Shown here: piece by piece, positions 29,495 through 45,716 of the stretch | How the letters are laid out: every line of letters begins with the position of its first letter | How positions within the stretch are numbered: position 1 is the stretch's first letter | NCBI GenBank assembly: GCA_963787835.1 | Contig: CAWBEI010000002.1 | Span: 1,312,001 to 1,376,000, forward strand | DNA length: 64,000 nt | Direction: 5' to 3' | Source: Ignavibacteriota bacterium | GTDB lineage: Bacteria > Bacteroidota > Ignavibacteria > Palsa-1295 | Position numbers and translations under genes: made by a program | The notes under the pieces: model-generated | What the model was told of the DNA's origin: nothing | The model's input: the letters and a program-made list of their open reading frames with translations, nothing else | Databases searched by the model: none

Positions 29495-30691
29495 TCATTT
29501 TTTCGAAAGAGCATCTGCGATCTCTCGAATACTTATCCCTTCTCGCCACTGGCGCGATTCCTTTTCTACAAGCAGGGTAACGAGGAAACCATGATCGGGA
29601 TGAAACAGAAGCCGATGTAATGCACGAGCCGTTCGTGTGCCCCCCTTCATATCGAACTCTGAATCCGGAAGTTGAAAAAGCGTATGCATCTGAAACGATG
29701 TCGCGCCGCATTTCAAGTATTCGAAGGCCATTGCGCCGGTGGTAATATTTCCTGTTGCAGAGAAAGGCAATTTGGTTTGCCAGCGATCGAGGATAGAAAG
29801 ATTCCGGTCGCTGAGATCTGGTCCGCCATACGCAACGCCCTGCACCCCTTCAAAACTTTTCACAGGATCGAACAAACGATTTCCATAAATGAGATAATCG
29901 GCAGGATGCTCGCTTGAGGAACATGCGTTCAACACCTCCAATTGAAAATCATCGGAATGCGATGCATTGAAGATCTTAAGCCCCAGCCGAACATCATTGC
30001 CAACGCTGGACTCTTTGATGATCCGCGGAACTGTGCCCAGCCAGTTCAAAATAGTGGCTTGTTCGCGTGAGAAATTAGTATCACCTGCAAGCGTGGGCGA
30101 AAAATCCTTTTCAAGTGGCATTGACTCACTTCGATGCTTTTTCCAAACTTGATGGAGTTGAGCCGTTGTAAATTCATATTCATTCACTCGCCAAACGGTT
30201 TCTTCCGGCTTTGGAAGATGATATTTTACTGAAGGAACGATAAGCATTTCTCGTTCAAGACTAATTGCGATCGCGGTATCAAAAAATACAAGATAGTTCT
30301 CGAAGCTTTCGCTCCATCCCCGGCCTTTCCATGTAACGGTCCATCCGCGTTCGCCGCGGACGTGCTCTCGCGTACCAATAACTTCTTCTACGGTCATCTT
30401 CGCCGCAGGGATGGCCCATGCTTTCATGGATTGCGCGCCTGTTTCATCCTGTGCGATCAGGGTTTTGAGCACAACAAACCCAAGTCCCGCTTCCGCGTCG
30501 CGCTCCACTTGATTTGCATTCAGCGAGAGCTGTCCCGAAGCTTTTCCGAATGGATTTTTAATTGGAAGGCCGCCATATTCGCTTGCGAGCGAAATTCCGT
30601 ACGTTTCAAGGATATACTCTTCGAGATGCTTCGGAAGGCCGTTTGTGAAGCGAGTATAATCTCCTTGCAATCTATTTGTCCAAGCTGTCAC
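29495..30691 (-). CDS. Divergent dihydroorotate/dihydropyrimidine dehydrogenase-like FMN TIM-barrel protein
   Basis: IKNPFGKASG, GFVVLKT, GVAYGGP, SATGNI and GATSFQ segments align by eye with DHOD-like FMN-binding motifs; the canonical substrate loop is not recognisable. Confidence 0.6.
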   Translation of the reverse strand: MTAWTNRLQGDYTRFTNGLPKHLEEYILETYGISLASEYGGLPIKNPFGKASGQLSLNANQVERDAEAGLGFVVLKTLIAQDETGAQSMKAWAIPAAKMTVEEVIGTREHVRGERGWTVTWKGRGWSESFENYLVFFDTAIAISLEREMLIVPSVKYHLPKPEETVWRVNEYEFTTAQLHQVWKKHRSESMPLEKDFSPTLAGDTNFSREQATILNWLGTVPRIIKESSVGNDVRLGLKIFNASHSDDFQLEVLNACSSSEHPADYLIYGNRLFDPVKSFEGVQGVAYGGPDLSDRNLSILDRWQTKLPFSATGNITTGAMAFEYLKCGATSFQMHTLFQLPDSEFDMKGGTRTARALHRLLFHPDHGFLVTLLVEKESRQWREGISIREIADALSKK

Positions 30692-31620
30692 CGTTTCAAC
30701 TCCGCTTGTAACGATGAAAGAAATTCACTAATGTTTGAAGAGGCTTCTATCGTAAGTTCCGGCCCCCACGGATCGAAGATCGCTTCAGGGGAGACAATAC
30801 CAAGACATGCAAGCGCATAGAGCATTTGGCCGATATATCCTTCCATCGGCTTCGTGAACGTTGCCATCGCGAACCGGTCCACGAGTTGGGAGCGAAAATG
30901 AAAGGACTCGAATTTCTGGGCGTAGAAATCGTGCATCATATCCGATTGGAGCATAGTAAGAGCGGCGCCCATCCCGACAAGGGCGGCATCTGCGCCCATC
31001 ATGAGTGAGTAACCCAAAAAGCGGTCTTCGCCAGAGATCACCAGCTTACCTGGATGTTCCAATTTTATCGAAGTAGTCAGGTCTTGAAATGTCATCACGC
31101 TATCCAGCGTAGCGATCTTAATACCGATGACGTTCGGAACGTTGAATAATTTGCGAAGCACTTGTGGTGTATAAGAAATTCCACCGGCTGCTTCATAAAG
31201 ATAAAAAAGGATCAGTGGCAATCCAGCGCGTGAGAGCTCGGAATGATATTCAACAATTGCCTCATCGCGCTCCCGTTCGGGGAGATCGCGAAAGCGGGTT
31301 GGTGGATGACAAAGAAGAGCATCCGCGCCAAGCGATCGTGCATGTTCTGCACTATGTTGAGAACCTGCTCCGGCAATAATGATCCAGTTCGGTAACGATT
31401 CCCGCCAATGGGTTAACACTTCCGTTCGCTCTTCTTCAGTTAGAAACAGCCCTCGCCCAGTGTGTGCCCACACCGTGACTCCGCCGATCGGCATATCATT
31501 CATATATCCGGCCATGCGGACGTGGGATTCCTGGTGAATAATTCGTCCACTGGTGAAGGGCACCGGCAATGCGGGTATAAGCTGCCGGTAGAGGAGATCG
31601 TGAATTTCGCGCGCGGTCAT
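30688..31620 (-). CDS. Dihydrodipicolinate synthase (DHDPS/NAL) family aldolase/lyase
   Basis: PALPVPF, HTGRGLFLTEEER (variant of the GTTGE motif), LFY, NVIGIKIA (Schiff-base Lys), SGED. Confidence 0.85.
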   Translation of the reverse strand: MTAREIHDLLYRQLIPALPVPFTSGRIIHQESHVRMAGYMNDMPIGGVTVWAHTGRGLFLTEEERTEVLTHWRESLPNWIIIAGAGSQHSAEHARSLGADALLCHPPTRFRDLPERERDEAIVEYHSELSRAGLPLILFYLYEAAGGISYTPQVLRKLFNVPNVIGIKIATLDSVMTFQDLTTSIKLEHPGKLVISGEDRFLGYSLMMGADAALVGMGAALTMLQSDMMHDFYAQKFESFHFRSQLVDRFAMATFTKPMEGYIGQMLYALACLGIVSPEAIFDPWGPELTIEASSNISEFLSSLQAELKR

Positions 31621-31623
31621 TTG

Positions 31624-32745
31624 CTATCTATGAAATTCTTGAGTTTGGATGGTGTAACGTTCTAATTTGTCACGATCGACAGCAAAAACCCTCGAGCTTT
31701 CGATAAAACCATCCTTCGAGATCGTGATCGCAGGATCGATAATATCATCGACGAACCAGCGCGAGCTGGCTTCGATGTCGGTGGGAAAAACAAATCCAGG
31801 AAGGGTTGCAATCGCGAGCGACTGCGCGCTTGCAATGCCGAGCTCGGGCATCGTTCCGAGCCAGCATTTCAATCCGGCTTCATGGGCGCGGTCGTGCATC
31901 GTTTTCGCATTCCACAATCCGCCAACTCTTTGGACTTTGACGTTGATTATTTTTCCAGCGTGCAGCTTGATAATTTTGTTCAGTGTCTTCAGGGAATCTG
32001 CCGATTCATCGAGGCAGATCGGCGTATCGATCGAGTGCGAAAGCTCGGCGGATTCTTCCAGCGCATCGGCGGCAAATGGCTGCTCAATCATCATAAGGCC
32101 GAACTCCTCCAGCGAACATAGCAGATCGAAATGTTCGTCGAAATTGTAGGCCCCATTCGCATCGACCATGAGCGACAGTTTTTTGCCGAACAGCATTCGG
32201 ATCTCCACCAGAGGCTCGAAATCCCATTCTGGCGCGATCTTGATCTTTACGCGTTGGTAACCATCCTTAAGATACCGAGCAATACGATCGAGAAGCTCAT
32301 CGATGGAATCGTAAATTCCAACAGCCAGTCCCGAAGCGATCTTGCCAGATGGCGCGCCGAGCAGTCCTCGAATTGTCGTTCCATTCTTTGCAGCGAACAG
32401 ATCCCACACCGATCCTTCGATTCCCGCTCGCGCGAAGGGATCTTTGCCAAACTCATTCAGATGTTCCGCATAGGATGTTGGCTCGGAAAGATTTCGAGTT
32501 AAAATATCCGGAATAAGGTCGTTCGCCAATACAGCCCATGTGGTTCCCGGCGTTTCGCTCGAATAGAACGATCCACTCATCGGTGACGCTTCACCATATC
32601 CCCTGTGGTTCCCGGAATACAGTTCCACAATAATGCTTTCTTTCTCCGACACTACCCCATTCGAGATGCGAAATGGCTCCTGCATCTGCACTTTTACATG
32701 ACGAAGTACGGCTCGATCTATCATAATTCCGGTCGATGTCGTCAT
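31624..32745 (-). CDS. Enolase-superfamily o-succinylbenzoate synthase / N-acylamino acid racemase-like protein
   Basis: KIK motif (RVKIKI), MVDANGAY, EQP, CLDES, INVKVQRVGG. The start ATG 32745 overlaps the upstream TGA. Confidence 0.88.
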   Translation of the reverse strand: MTTSTGIMIDRAVLRHVKVQMQEPFRISNGVVSEKESIIVELYSGNHRGYGEASPMSGSFYSSETPGTTWAVLANDLIPDILTRNLSEPTSYAEHLNEFGKDPFARAGIEGSVWDLFAAKNGTTIRGLLGAPSGKIASGLAVGIYDSIDELLDRIARYLKDGYQRVKIKIAPEWDFEPLVEIRMLFGKKLSLMVDANGAYNFDEHFDLLCSLEEFGLMMIEQPFAADALEESAELSHSIDTPICLDESADSLKTLNKIIKLHAGKIINVKVQRVGGLWNAKTMHDRAHEAGLKCWLGTMPELGIASAQSLAIATLPGFVFPTDIEASSRWFVDDIIDPAITISKDGFIESSRVFAVDRDKLERYTIQTQEFHR

Positions 32746-33578
32746 CTTTTTACTCCCGTTCGCAAAAATGCTTGTGTGACATACCTCTGTGCGAAAACAT
32801 AACAAAGAATGATTGGCACAATTGCAATGAGTGTACCAGCCATCAGCAAATCATACCTAAAATTATGTTGGACCGTTTCGAGTACCGCAAGACCAAAGGT
32901 TAGCGGCATCTTTTCCTCGCTCGAAAGGAAGAGAACGGGAGTGAGGAGGTCATTCCATATTCCCATGAACACAAATAGTGAAAGTACTGCAAGCGCCGGT
33001 TTTGAAAGCGGTAGAAGTATGGTAGCGAAGAAACGGAATCGGCTTGCTCCATCGATGCGTGAGGCATCTTCCAATTCTTTCGGCACCGATTCAAAAAATT
33101 GGCGTAGCAAGAACACTCCGAACGCCCCGGAAGCAAATGCCCCTCCGAAAAAATGTGGCACAATGAGCGAAGCATGATTATCGAGCCAGCCGAGCGAGTG
33201 AATGACAACGTAAACCGGAATCATCGTGACTTGGAAGGGAATCATCATGGTAGCAAGCAACACGCCGAATATGATCCGCTTGCCTCGAAACTCCATTCGC
33301 GCAAAAGCAAATGCCGCAAGGGACGCGGCCAGAACTTCGCCGAGCGTGCCCAACACCGATATCTTGATAGAGTTAAAAAAGAATGTGCCGATCGGCATGT
33401 CGTGAAATACTTCCCAATAGTTTGAAAAGCGAGGTGAAGCGGGAATGATCTGCGGAGGAAAACGAACAAGAGATTCAGGAGCCTGAAGCGAAGTAACGAT
33501 CATCCATAAGAATGGCGCGATCATCACCATTGCAATGATCGTGAGTACAAGATAACGCAAGACGTTGGTATGTTTCAT
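32742..33578 (-). CDS. Carbohydrate (CUT1) ABC transporter permease, MalG-like
   Basis: PKELEDASRIDGAS EAA motif, 6 TM segments; start MKHT (33578) coupled by ATGA. Confidence 0.95.
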   Translation of the reverse strand: MKHTNVLRYLVLTIIAMVMIAPFLWMIVTSLQAPESLVRFPPQIIPASPRFSNYWEVFHDMPIGTFFFNSIKISVLGTLGEVLAASLAAFAFARMEFRGKRIIFGVLLATMMIPFQVTMIPVYVVIHSLGWLDNHASLIVPHFFGGAFASGAFGVFLLRQFFESVPKELEDASRIDGASRFRFFATILLPLSKPALAVLSLFVFMGIWNDLLTPVLFLSSEEKMPLTFGLAVLETVQHNFRYDLLMAGTLIAIVPIILCYVFAQRYVTQAFLRTGVKR

Positions 33579-34435
33579 TGCTGAAATACCCACCTCTTTC
33601 GTGCAAGAAATTGCAATGCTGTAACAGCCAGCACAGGCAGGAAGAATAAATATCCTAATGCACTTGCGCCGCCCAGATTAAAGAAACGGAATGCTGTTTG
33701 CCAGATATAATAACTGAGCGTAAGCGTAGAAACACCAGGGCCGCCATTCGTCATCACAAACGTCTGCTCGAAAACCTGAAACGCGCCGATCGTTGTCACC
33801 ACAAGTACAAAAAAGGTTACGGGCGAAAGCATCGGGAGTGTGATATGCAGGAACCTGCTCCAAGCAGATGAGCCATCGAGCCGCGCTGCTTCGTAATAAT
33901 CTTTTGGAATGTTCGATAGTCCCGCAAGGAAGATCATCATGTTATATCCCGCGTTTTTCCAGATGCTCATGATCGCAATTGCAGGCATTGCCCAATGTGG
34001 ATCTTGCAGCCATTTAGGGCCGTCGATGCCGATCATCGAGAGCAGGTAATTCAGAAGGCCAACATCGCTATTATACATCCAAGACCAAATAATAGCTGCC
34101 GCAACCATGGATGTTACAACAGGAAGGAAATAGATCGTTCGAAAAAATGCGATGCCTTGCACGCGTTTTTCGACCAGAAGTGCAAGGCCAAGGGAGACAG
34201 CAATACTTGCTGGAACATAAAGCAACGCATAATATACCGTGTTTCCAGCCACTTGCCAGAAAAGAGCAGAGTTCAGATACTCTCGATAATTTTGAGTACC
34301 AATAAATTTGGGTGACGCTCCAATATCGAATTGTGTGAATGAGAGTCCAAGCGATGCAAGGATCGGTCCAGCGATAAAGACCGTCAGGCCGATCAGGATG
34401 GGAAGTAAGTAGAGATATGCAGAGCGGAATCTCAT
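33575..34435 (-). CDS. Carbohydrate (CUT1) ABC transporter permease, MalF-like
   Basis: YYEAARLDGSS EAA motif, FRTIYFLP, MTNGGP. Confidence 0.95.
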   Translation of the reverse strand: MRFRSAYLYLLPILIGLTVFIAGPILASLGLSFTQFDIGASPKFIGTQNYREYLNSALFWQVAGNTVYYALLYVPASIAVSLGLALLVEKRVQGIAFFRTIYFLPVVTSMVAAAIIWSWMYNSDVGLLNYLLSMIGIDGPKWLQDPHWAMPAIAIMSIWKNAGYNMMIFLAGLSNIPKDYYEAARLDGSSAWSRFLHITLPMLSPVTFFVLVVTTIGAFQVFEQTFVMTNGGPGVSTLTLSYYIWQTAFRFFNLGGASALGYLFFLPVLAVTALQFLARKRWVFQQ

Positions 34436-35724
34436 GGTGTTGGGCGGTTGCGAGCGAGGACTTCGTTCATCTTTGCGTCGATAGCGGCACAGCCGTCGTG
34501 AACGGATATGCGTCCGGCGAGCATGTCATCCATATTGGGAATGAATCCGTGATCGCGCCACTCCTGCCATCCAAGCGAGACAAGCGAGAATACGTGGCTC
34601 GAAGTGATCAGATCGACAAGTGCGCGGCGGTTGCATTTTGGCTCGCCATCCAGATATTCACTCGAATAGGCAAGAGGCTTGTATAGCGGCATCCCCGAAA
34701 AATAGAGATTGCCAACACCTTTCTTGGTGGGCAGCGTAACGATCCATTTAATGAGCTGCCATGCAGAATCGGGTTGCTCACATGTTTTTGCAATGCCGAA
34801 TGCCTGCCCATTCTCGCGATCCATAAGCCCCGCAGATCCTTTCGGCGGCGAGGCGACATCCCATCGAAAGCTGGAGTGGGCAAGTTCGGTCTTGGCGTAA
34901 TCAATATGCATCATCATCGCAGCATGTCCAAGCATGAATTGCTGCCCGAGATTGACCGAAGGATCCGGCGGCGGAGCAACATGCTCTTTTTGCACAAGAT
35001 CCACCCACGTTTGGACTGCGGATACTGTAGCGGGCGACATCATCTCGCTTTTTGTTGCATCATCCGAGAGTATTTTCCCTCCGTTCGAATAAATGTAAGT
35101 ATCCACGCCCGGGAATATCCCATCATCGACGATCATGCCCCACGTTTTTTCTTGTGGATTAGAGGCCGTGTTCGTCATGCGGCGCGCGGCGTCCAGCATC
35201 ATTGAGTAGGTCCAGGTTGAATCGGGGTAGGAGATATGCGCTTTGTCGAAAAGGTCCTTATTGTAAAAAAGCGATGTCACTCCTCCGGAAGCCGGCATTG
35301 CCATCAGTGGGCCGTTAGGAACGTTCCCTTTTCGCCAGACAGTAAAAAATTGAGTGAAGAAATCGCTATCGTGTAGATCTCGGTGATAAAACGAATCGAG
35401 TTGGATCGTATAGTTGCGTTTGAAAATATCCGGATTGAACCAATCGTCGATCAGAACAACATCTCCGATCGAACTTCCACTTGCTGCTGCTGCTTCGATC
35501 TTTGCAGTGTAGAGTCCGTATGGGATCGCTTCCACTTCCACATCAATACCCGGATGTGCTTTCATAAAAGGATCGACGACATCATGCTGCCAGGTATCTT
35601 TTTGATCGAGATAGAAATGAACGAGCTTTAGATGGACTTTGCCCGGAGTTGCACTTTGATCGCGGCTGCAACCAAACGAACATAAAACGATCGCAAGGAC
35701 AACAAGGGACGCAAATGATTTCAT
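34432..35724 (-). CDS. Sugar ABC transporter substrate-binding lipoprotein
   Basis: Lipobox (SFGC), HPGIDVEV and LFYNKDLFDKA motifs of SBP family 1. Confidence 0.93.
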   Translation of the reverse strand: MKSFASLVVLAIVLCSFGCSRDQSATPGKVHLKLVHFYLDQKDTWQHDVVDPFMKAHPGIDVEVEAIPYGLYTAKIEAAAASGSSIGDVVLIDDWFNPDIFKRNYTIQLDSFYHRDLHDSDFFTQFFTVWRKGNVPNGPLMAMPASGGVTSLFYNKDLFDKAHISYPDSTWTYSMMLDAARRMTNTASNPQEKTWGMIVDDGIFPGVDTYIYSNGGKILSDDATKSEMMSPATVSAVQTWVDLVQKEHVAPPPDPSVNLGQQFMLGHAAMMMHIDYAKTELAHSSFRWDVASPPKGSAGLMDRENGQAFGIAKTCEQPDSAWQLIKWIVTLPTKKGVGNLYFSGMPLYKPLAYSSEYLDGEPKCNRRALVDLITSSHVFSLVSLGWQEWRDHGFIPNMDDMLAGRISVHDGCAAIDAKMNEVLARNRPTP

Positions 35725-36608
35725 TTGATTTTTGCGATTATATCGTAATAGCGGTGTTGATGCTCCGCAATGTTCTCATATTCCTTCGAGTACAAATCCA
35801 TTCGCGCCAGGGATTCTAAGTCTGCACGAGTATCGTCGGGATCATTGATAAGCACAACATTCGCAGTGGTACGACGTTCATCGAGATCAATATCGGCAAT
35901 TGCAAGCCCGCCGCGCCGTCCTGTTTGAGCGATAATATCTCCATTAAAATCCACAATACGTGCATTACCCGGATGATAACGGCCGTTATAGGGCGCATAC
36001 GGTGGATGCCCTGCCAGATTCGATTCGACGATCCAGAGCGAATTATCAATGGCTCTGGAACGAAGTTGAGCTTCCAGTCCGGATTGCGTTGGCCCATGCG
36101 TGGTCGTTGGCCAGAACAGAAGTTCCGCGCCTTTCATAGTGTAGATACGCGCGATCTCTGGGAAATAAATATCCATGCAGATCATGATGGCGATCTTTGC
36201 AAAGCCAACATCGATAATTGGGATGTCGCTGCCGGGTGTAACCCATGTTGCTTCGGAACCCGTCGGCTGGACCTTTCGATAGTGTCCGATCGCGTTTCCT
36301 GAAGCATCGAAGACCGTGGCCTGATTAAAAATGCTCTTTCCATCTGCAGAGAAAAATGGCGCGATAACTGCAATGGAATGCTTCCGAGCCTGCTCTTGAA
36401 AGAACGATGTCCATACGTCAGACACCTCCGGTTTGCCATTTGAGTTTGGAACGCCATTCGTTGTTACGGTTTCTGGCAGGCAGACGATCTGTGCGCCCGA
36501 CGCGCCTGCCTCTTGGATATAGGTTGCTGCACGGCGTAGATTCAACTCCACCGTATGGGGCGAATCCTCCATAAGAAAGGAAATCGAGGCAACCCGTATT
36601 TTTCGCAT
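35721..36608 (-). CDS. Carbon-nitrogen hydrolase (nitrilase superfamily)
   Basis: Glu-Lys-Cys triad in CLPE, YRK and ICMDIYFPE. Confidence 0.93.
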   Translation of the reverse strand: MRKIRVASISFLMEDSPHTVELNLRRAATYIQEAGASGAQIVCLPETVTTNGVPNSNGKPEVSDVWTSFFQEQARKHSIAVIAPFFSADGKSIFNQATVFDASGNAIGHYRKVQPTGSEATWVTPGSDIPIIDVGFAKIAIMICMDIYFPEIARIYTMKGAELLFWPTTTHGPTQSGLEAQLRSRAIDNSLWIVESNLAGHPPYAPYNGRYHPGNARIVDFNGDIIAQTGRRGGLAIADIDLDERRTTANVVLINDPDDTRADLESLARMDLYSKEYENIAEHQHRYYDIIAKIK

Positions 36609-36733
36609 GATTAATGAACGAAGCGGGGTGCTGTACCCGTTTCTTTGTTCGCAAAATATTACATCGCCTATTTCGTCTTAATTTCAGACTTCGGGAGTGC
36701 CGTCCGAGGGTCATCACTAATACAGCTCTTGTC

Positions 36734-39213
<2,480 letters not shown>

Positions 39214-39230
39214 TTAATTAGTTTTTCATA

Positions 39231-39238
39231 CAAATATA
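39231..39238 (-). promoter_or_regulatory. Putative TAnnTTTG promoter element for guaB
   Basis: Minus strand CGTATATTTGTA about 75 bp upstream of guaB; an AAGGAG SD precedes the ATG. Confidence 0.6.
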
Positions 39239-39345
39239 CGAAGATTTTGGCTGCGGCACCTTTAAAATCGTGTGTTTAAGCTCATTCTTATAATGGGAAT
39301 CGAACCAACGCTGTAAGCCCTTGCGTTAATGTTTTCAGGATTATA

Positions 39346-40851
39346 ATGGCATCACTCGAGACCTTCCGATCTTTTGGCGAAAGTCTGAAAGCAGCGCGCA
39401 TCGAGCAAAAACGCAGCTTGGATGACCTCGCATCTGCTATAAAGATCAACCGACGCCATCTTGAAGCGATCGAGGCTGGGGATCTTACAAAATTGCCGCA
39501 GGGTCCGTACGTGGCGGCGTTTCTCAGGGAATATGCCAGAGCATTGGGACTCGTTGTACCCTCGGAGTTCGCACCGGTTCCAAGTGTTTCAACCGCTTCT
39601 ACACGCGATCCCAAGGTTGTTAGCCATCCCGCTAAGGGTCTGGAGGGAAGAAATGCACCATTGTCGCAAGTGGCACGAGGTACCGCGAGGCTTGCTAATT
39701 CCGCTGTAAAGACTGCGGTGAGGTCAGTTTCGAAAACGACGGAGAATGTCGTGAATCTGGTGGAGACAGGCGGCAAAGAAGCCCTGGAGGTACTCACCTC
39801 AAAAAGTTTGTGGGATGAGGTCGAGAACGTAAGACGTGAACGCCACGGGCTTCCACCGATCGAACCGCCAGCCGAGATGCCGCCAAAACGCATCGTTGAG
39901 AATAAGCCACTTCTTGGCTACAAGCGTGCAACCGAAGAGGAATCGGAAGAAGAGCCGCAACCTTCCCCGGTTATCGGTCAGCGAATCCCAAAATCGGTTC
40001 CCATTCGTTCCTCCAAACGGATAACGAACATTGTGATCGTTGTGCTCGCCCTTGTGTTTGCGGGCGTGGCATATCTGGCGATCCACATGTCAAAAAACGA
40101 CAATGGGACTATCGCGAATAAAGACTATGTTCCTGCTCCGGTGGAGAAGCCGCAGCCGATCCCAGCGACGAAGCATGATGTAGCGCCAGCGGCTATTCCT
40201 CCTGTGAGCAGTGTTGTGGAAAAGCCCGCTGTCAACGATTCTCTTCGCTTTGTGTTGCGAGCGACCCAGCCGGTATGGGTTTCGATCGCCCCGGATGGAA
40301 TTCCCGCCTATCGTGGTGAACTAAAATCAGGGGAGGTTCGGGCATTTCGCGCGAGGGATAAGATCGTTGTAAATATTGGTAATCAAAAATCGGTCGTGAT
40401 GACGTTCGATGGTGCTCCGATCTCCGGGCTTCCGGCTGTGCAGAACTCAAGTGTCGTCGTTCGCGATCTCGTCTTGATGAGGGATCATGTTACGCTGGGA
40501 GGGAATTCCATCGATCTGCATAAACTCACGGGAGTTCCTGCTGCTGCATCGACCGTTCCAGTTTCTCCTAAGCCTTTCCCTGTTCCGGCGAAAGCAAGTA
40601 TTCCGGTTGGGAAGAATTCCGTATCAACTCCCTCGAAACATGCAACGCACGTATCAGCGAATGATACGCATGGGAAATCCGCCAAGAACAACTCATTCGC
40701 AAAGGGAAATAAATCGGTTAAGGGCAAGGCACCTGTGAAAGGCACGCCCGCGAAGAACAACAAGGCAGCGAAGGGGAAGAAAACGCCGAAAAAGCCTTCT
40801 CAGCCAACGCCGATTATCCATCCCGTGGAGCCAATTCCACCGAGGCCGTAA
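39346..40851 (+). CDS. rodZ: RodZ-like protein (HTH, TM, DUF4115-like domain, Lys/Pro-rich tail)
   Basis: FGESLKAAR...LEAIEAGD...LP...Y...FLREYARALGL; single TM; WVSI..DG...G.LK.GE...IGN periplasmic domain. Confidence 0.8.
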   Translation: MASLETFRSFGESLKAARIEQKRSLDDLASAIKINRRHLEAIEAGDLTKLPQGPYVAAFLREYARALGLVVPSEFAPVPSVSTASTRDPKVVSHPAKGLEGRNAPLSQVARGTARLANSAVKTAVRSVSKTTENVVNLVETGGKEALEVLTSKSLWDEVENVRRERHGLPPIEPPAEMPPKRIVENKPLLGYKRATEEESEEEPQPSPVIGQRIPKSVPIRSSKRITNIVIVVLALVFAGVAYLAIHMSKNDNGTIANKDYVPAPVEKPQPIPATKHDVAPAAIPPVSSVVEKPAVNDSLRFVLRATQPVWVSIAPDGIPAYRGELKSGEVRAFRARDKIVVNIGNQKSVVMTFDGAPISGLPAVQNSSVVVRDLVLMRDHVTLGGNSIDLHKLTGVPAAASTVPVSPKPFPVPAKASIPVGKNSVSTPSKHATHVSANDTHGKSAKNNSFAKGNKSVKGKAPVKGTPAKNNKAAKGKKTPKKPSQPTPIIHPVEPIPPRP

Positions 40852-40876
40852 CTTGTGGGAATATCATTGCGTCCGA

Positions 40877-44490
<3,614 letters not shown>

Positions 44491-44516
44491 TGTGGCCTAT
44501 GTTGATGTATGTTCTT

Positions 44517-44550
44517 CGATCGTAATTTGAAATTCGTAATTCGTAATTAA
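44517..44550. repeat. Short heptamer array (TTCGTAA)n upstream of the CDS at 44554
   Basis: cgtaatttgaaattcgtaattcgtaatt. Confidence 0.5.
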
Positions 44551-44553
44551 AAA

Positions 44554-45594
44554 GTGATCCCTTCTCGTCCGCTCGCTCTTGTTGAAATCGTTACCGAGAC
44601 GTTTACCATTTATTGGCGGACGTTCGCCCGGTATGGTATCCTATTTCTCTTGCTGGTGGTGCCGGGTATTTGCATCATCACGGCTGGAAGCACGGGCCTC
44701 GCGGAAGATGCAATCGTGGCTGCAAGACATGATATTAATTTCAGCGACAGCGATCTTACCATTGTTCGTAACGATTTTAATGCATTCGTTACGCAGCAAA
44801 ATCCAGTGTTGGCAGAAAAACTTCCAGGGGCCGGTCAGGCATATCCTCATGCGACTACTCGTGAGTTGTATCATTATTTCGTTTCAAACCTATCGCGATT
44901 CGCCTCGCCGATCGATCTGATCGCCCTGGGCTTCCTGTTGCTGATACTTGGTGTTTTTGCCCTGGTAGCGATCACGGTCGATCTTGCATCTCAGGTGTTC
45001 GAGGAGCGGCCCCAAGAATTGTTCGGTTCACTGCGAGCCGCTTTCGCAAAGCACGTATGGAAGATCTTACTGCTCTATCTTCTGTATATGATTGCGGTGC
45101 TTGTGCTGGATGGGGTGCTTGATCTTCTCCCCGACGCCGGTGCTGGTGTGTTGAGCGGTTTTGTATTGGTTGCACAGGTTTATTTCATTCTTCGCCTTTT
45201 TGTTACGATCCCTGCGCTGGTCAGTGAGGAGTCTGGACCGTTTCAAGCGATCAGGAGAAGCTGGGAGCTAACCAATGCCGCGGTAGGGCGAATTCTTGGT
45301 AGTTCTATTGTATTTTCCGTAATATTGTTCGTCGGTTTGATGATCGTTGGCGTATTCATGCAACTGCTCTTTAGCAATTTTGCGGTATGGTGGAACGAAT
45401 TTTTAACGCGAGACCGCCTAACCCTTCAATGGCTACTTGAATCCACACCGAGAGCGCTTTGGGCTGCGGCAGCAGAGATGAGCGTTTCGCTACTGGTGGT
45501 ATTCGGGGTGTTGCCAATATTCGGAACAGTGCTGTACTACGATCTCCGTACCCGCCGCGATGGCCCGCTCGTCTATGTCGATGAGCATGCGTGA
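44554..45594 (+). CDS. Integral membrane protein (GDPD membrane-anchor-like)
   Basis: RPL...EI...TF..Y, AIRRSWEL and LYYDLRTRRDG motifs typical of this family; about 6 TMs. Confidence 0.75.
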   Translation: MIPSRPLALVEIVTETFTIYWRTFARYGILFLLLVVPGICIITAGSTGLAEDAIVAARHDINFSDSDLTIVRNDFNAFVTQQNPVLAEKLPGAGQAYPHATTRELYHYFVSNLSRFASPIDLIALGFLLLILGVFALVAITVDLASQVFEERPQELFGSLRAAFAKHVWKILLLYLLYMIAVLVLDGVLDLLPDAGAGVLSGFVLVAQVYFILRLFVTIPALVSEESGPFQAIRRSWELTNAAVGRILGSSIVFSVILFVGLMIVGVFMQLLFSNFAVWWNEFLTRDRLTLQWLLESTPRALWAAAAEMSVSLLVVFGVLPIFGTVLYYDLRTRRDGPLVYVDEHA

Positions 45595-45716
45595 ATAGTC
45601 GCACGACTCGCGCACGGCTATTGTTGTTGACCAAAGAACACATTTTAGCGATCCTGGCAGTGGGGCACCTTTGGCCTGACTGCTGTGACCGCATGGACTA
45701 TTTTAAATAAATTCCG

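Noticed and set aside
31624-32745. Calling this menC of menaquinone biosynthesis
   Set aside because: No other men genes are nearby and it is embedded in a transport/catabolic operon; a racemase-type role is at least as plausible.
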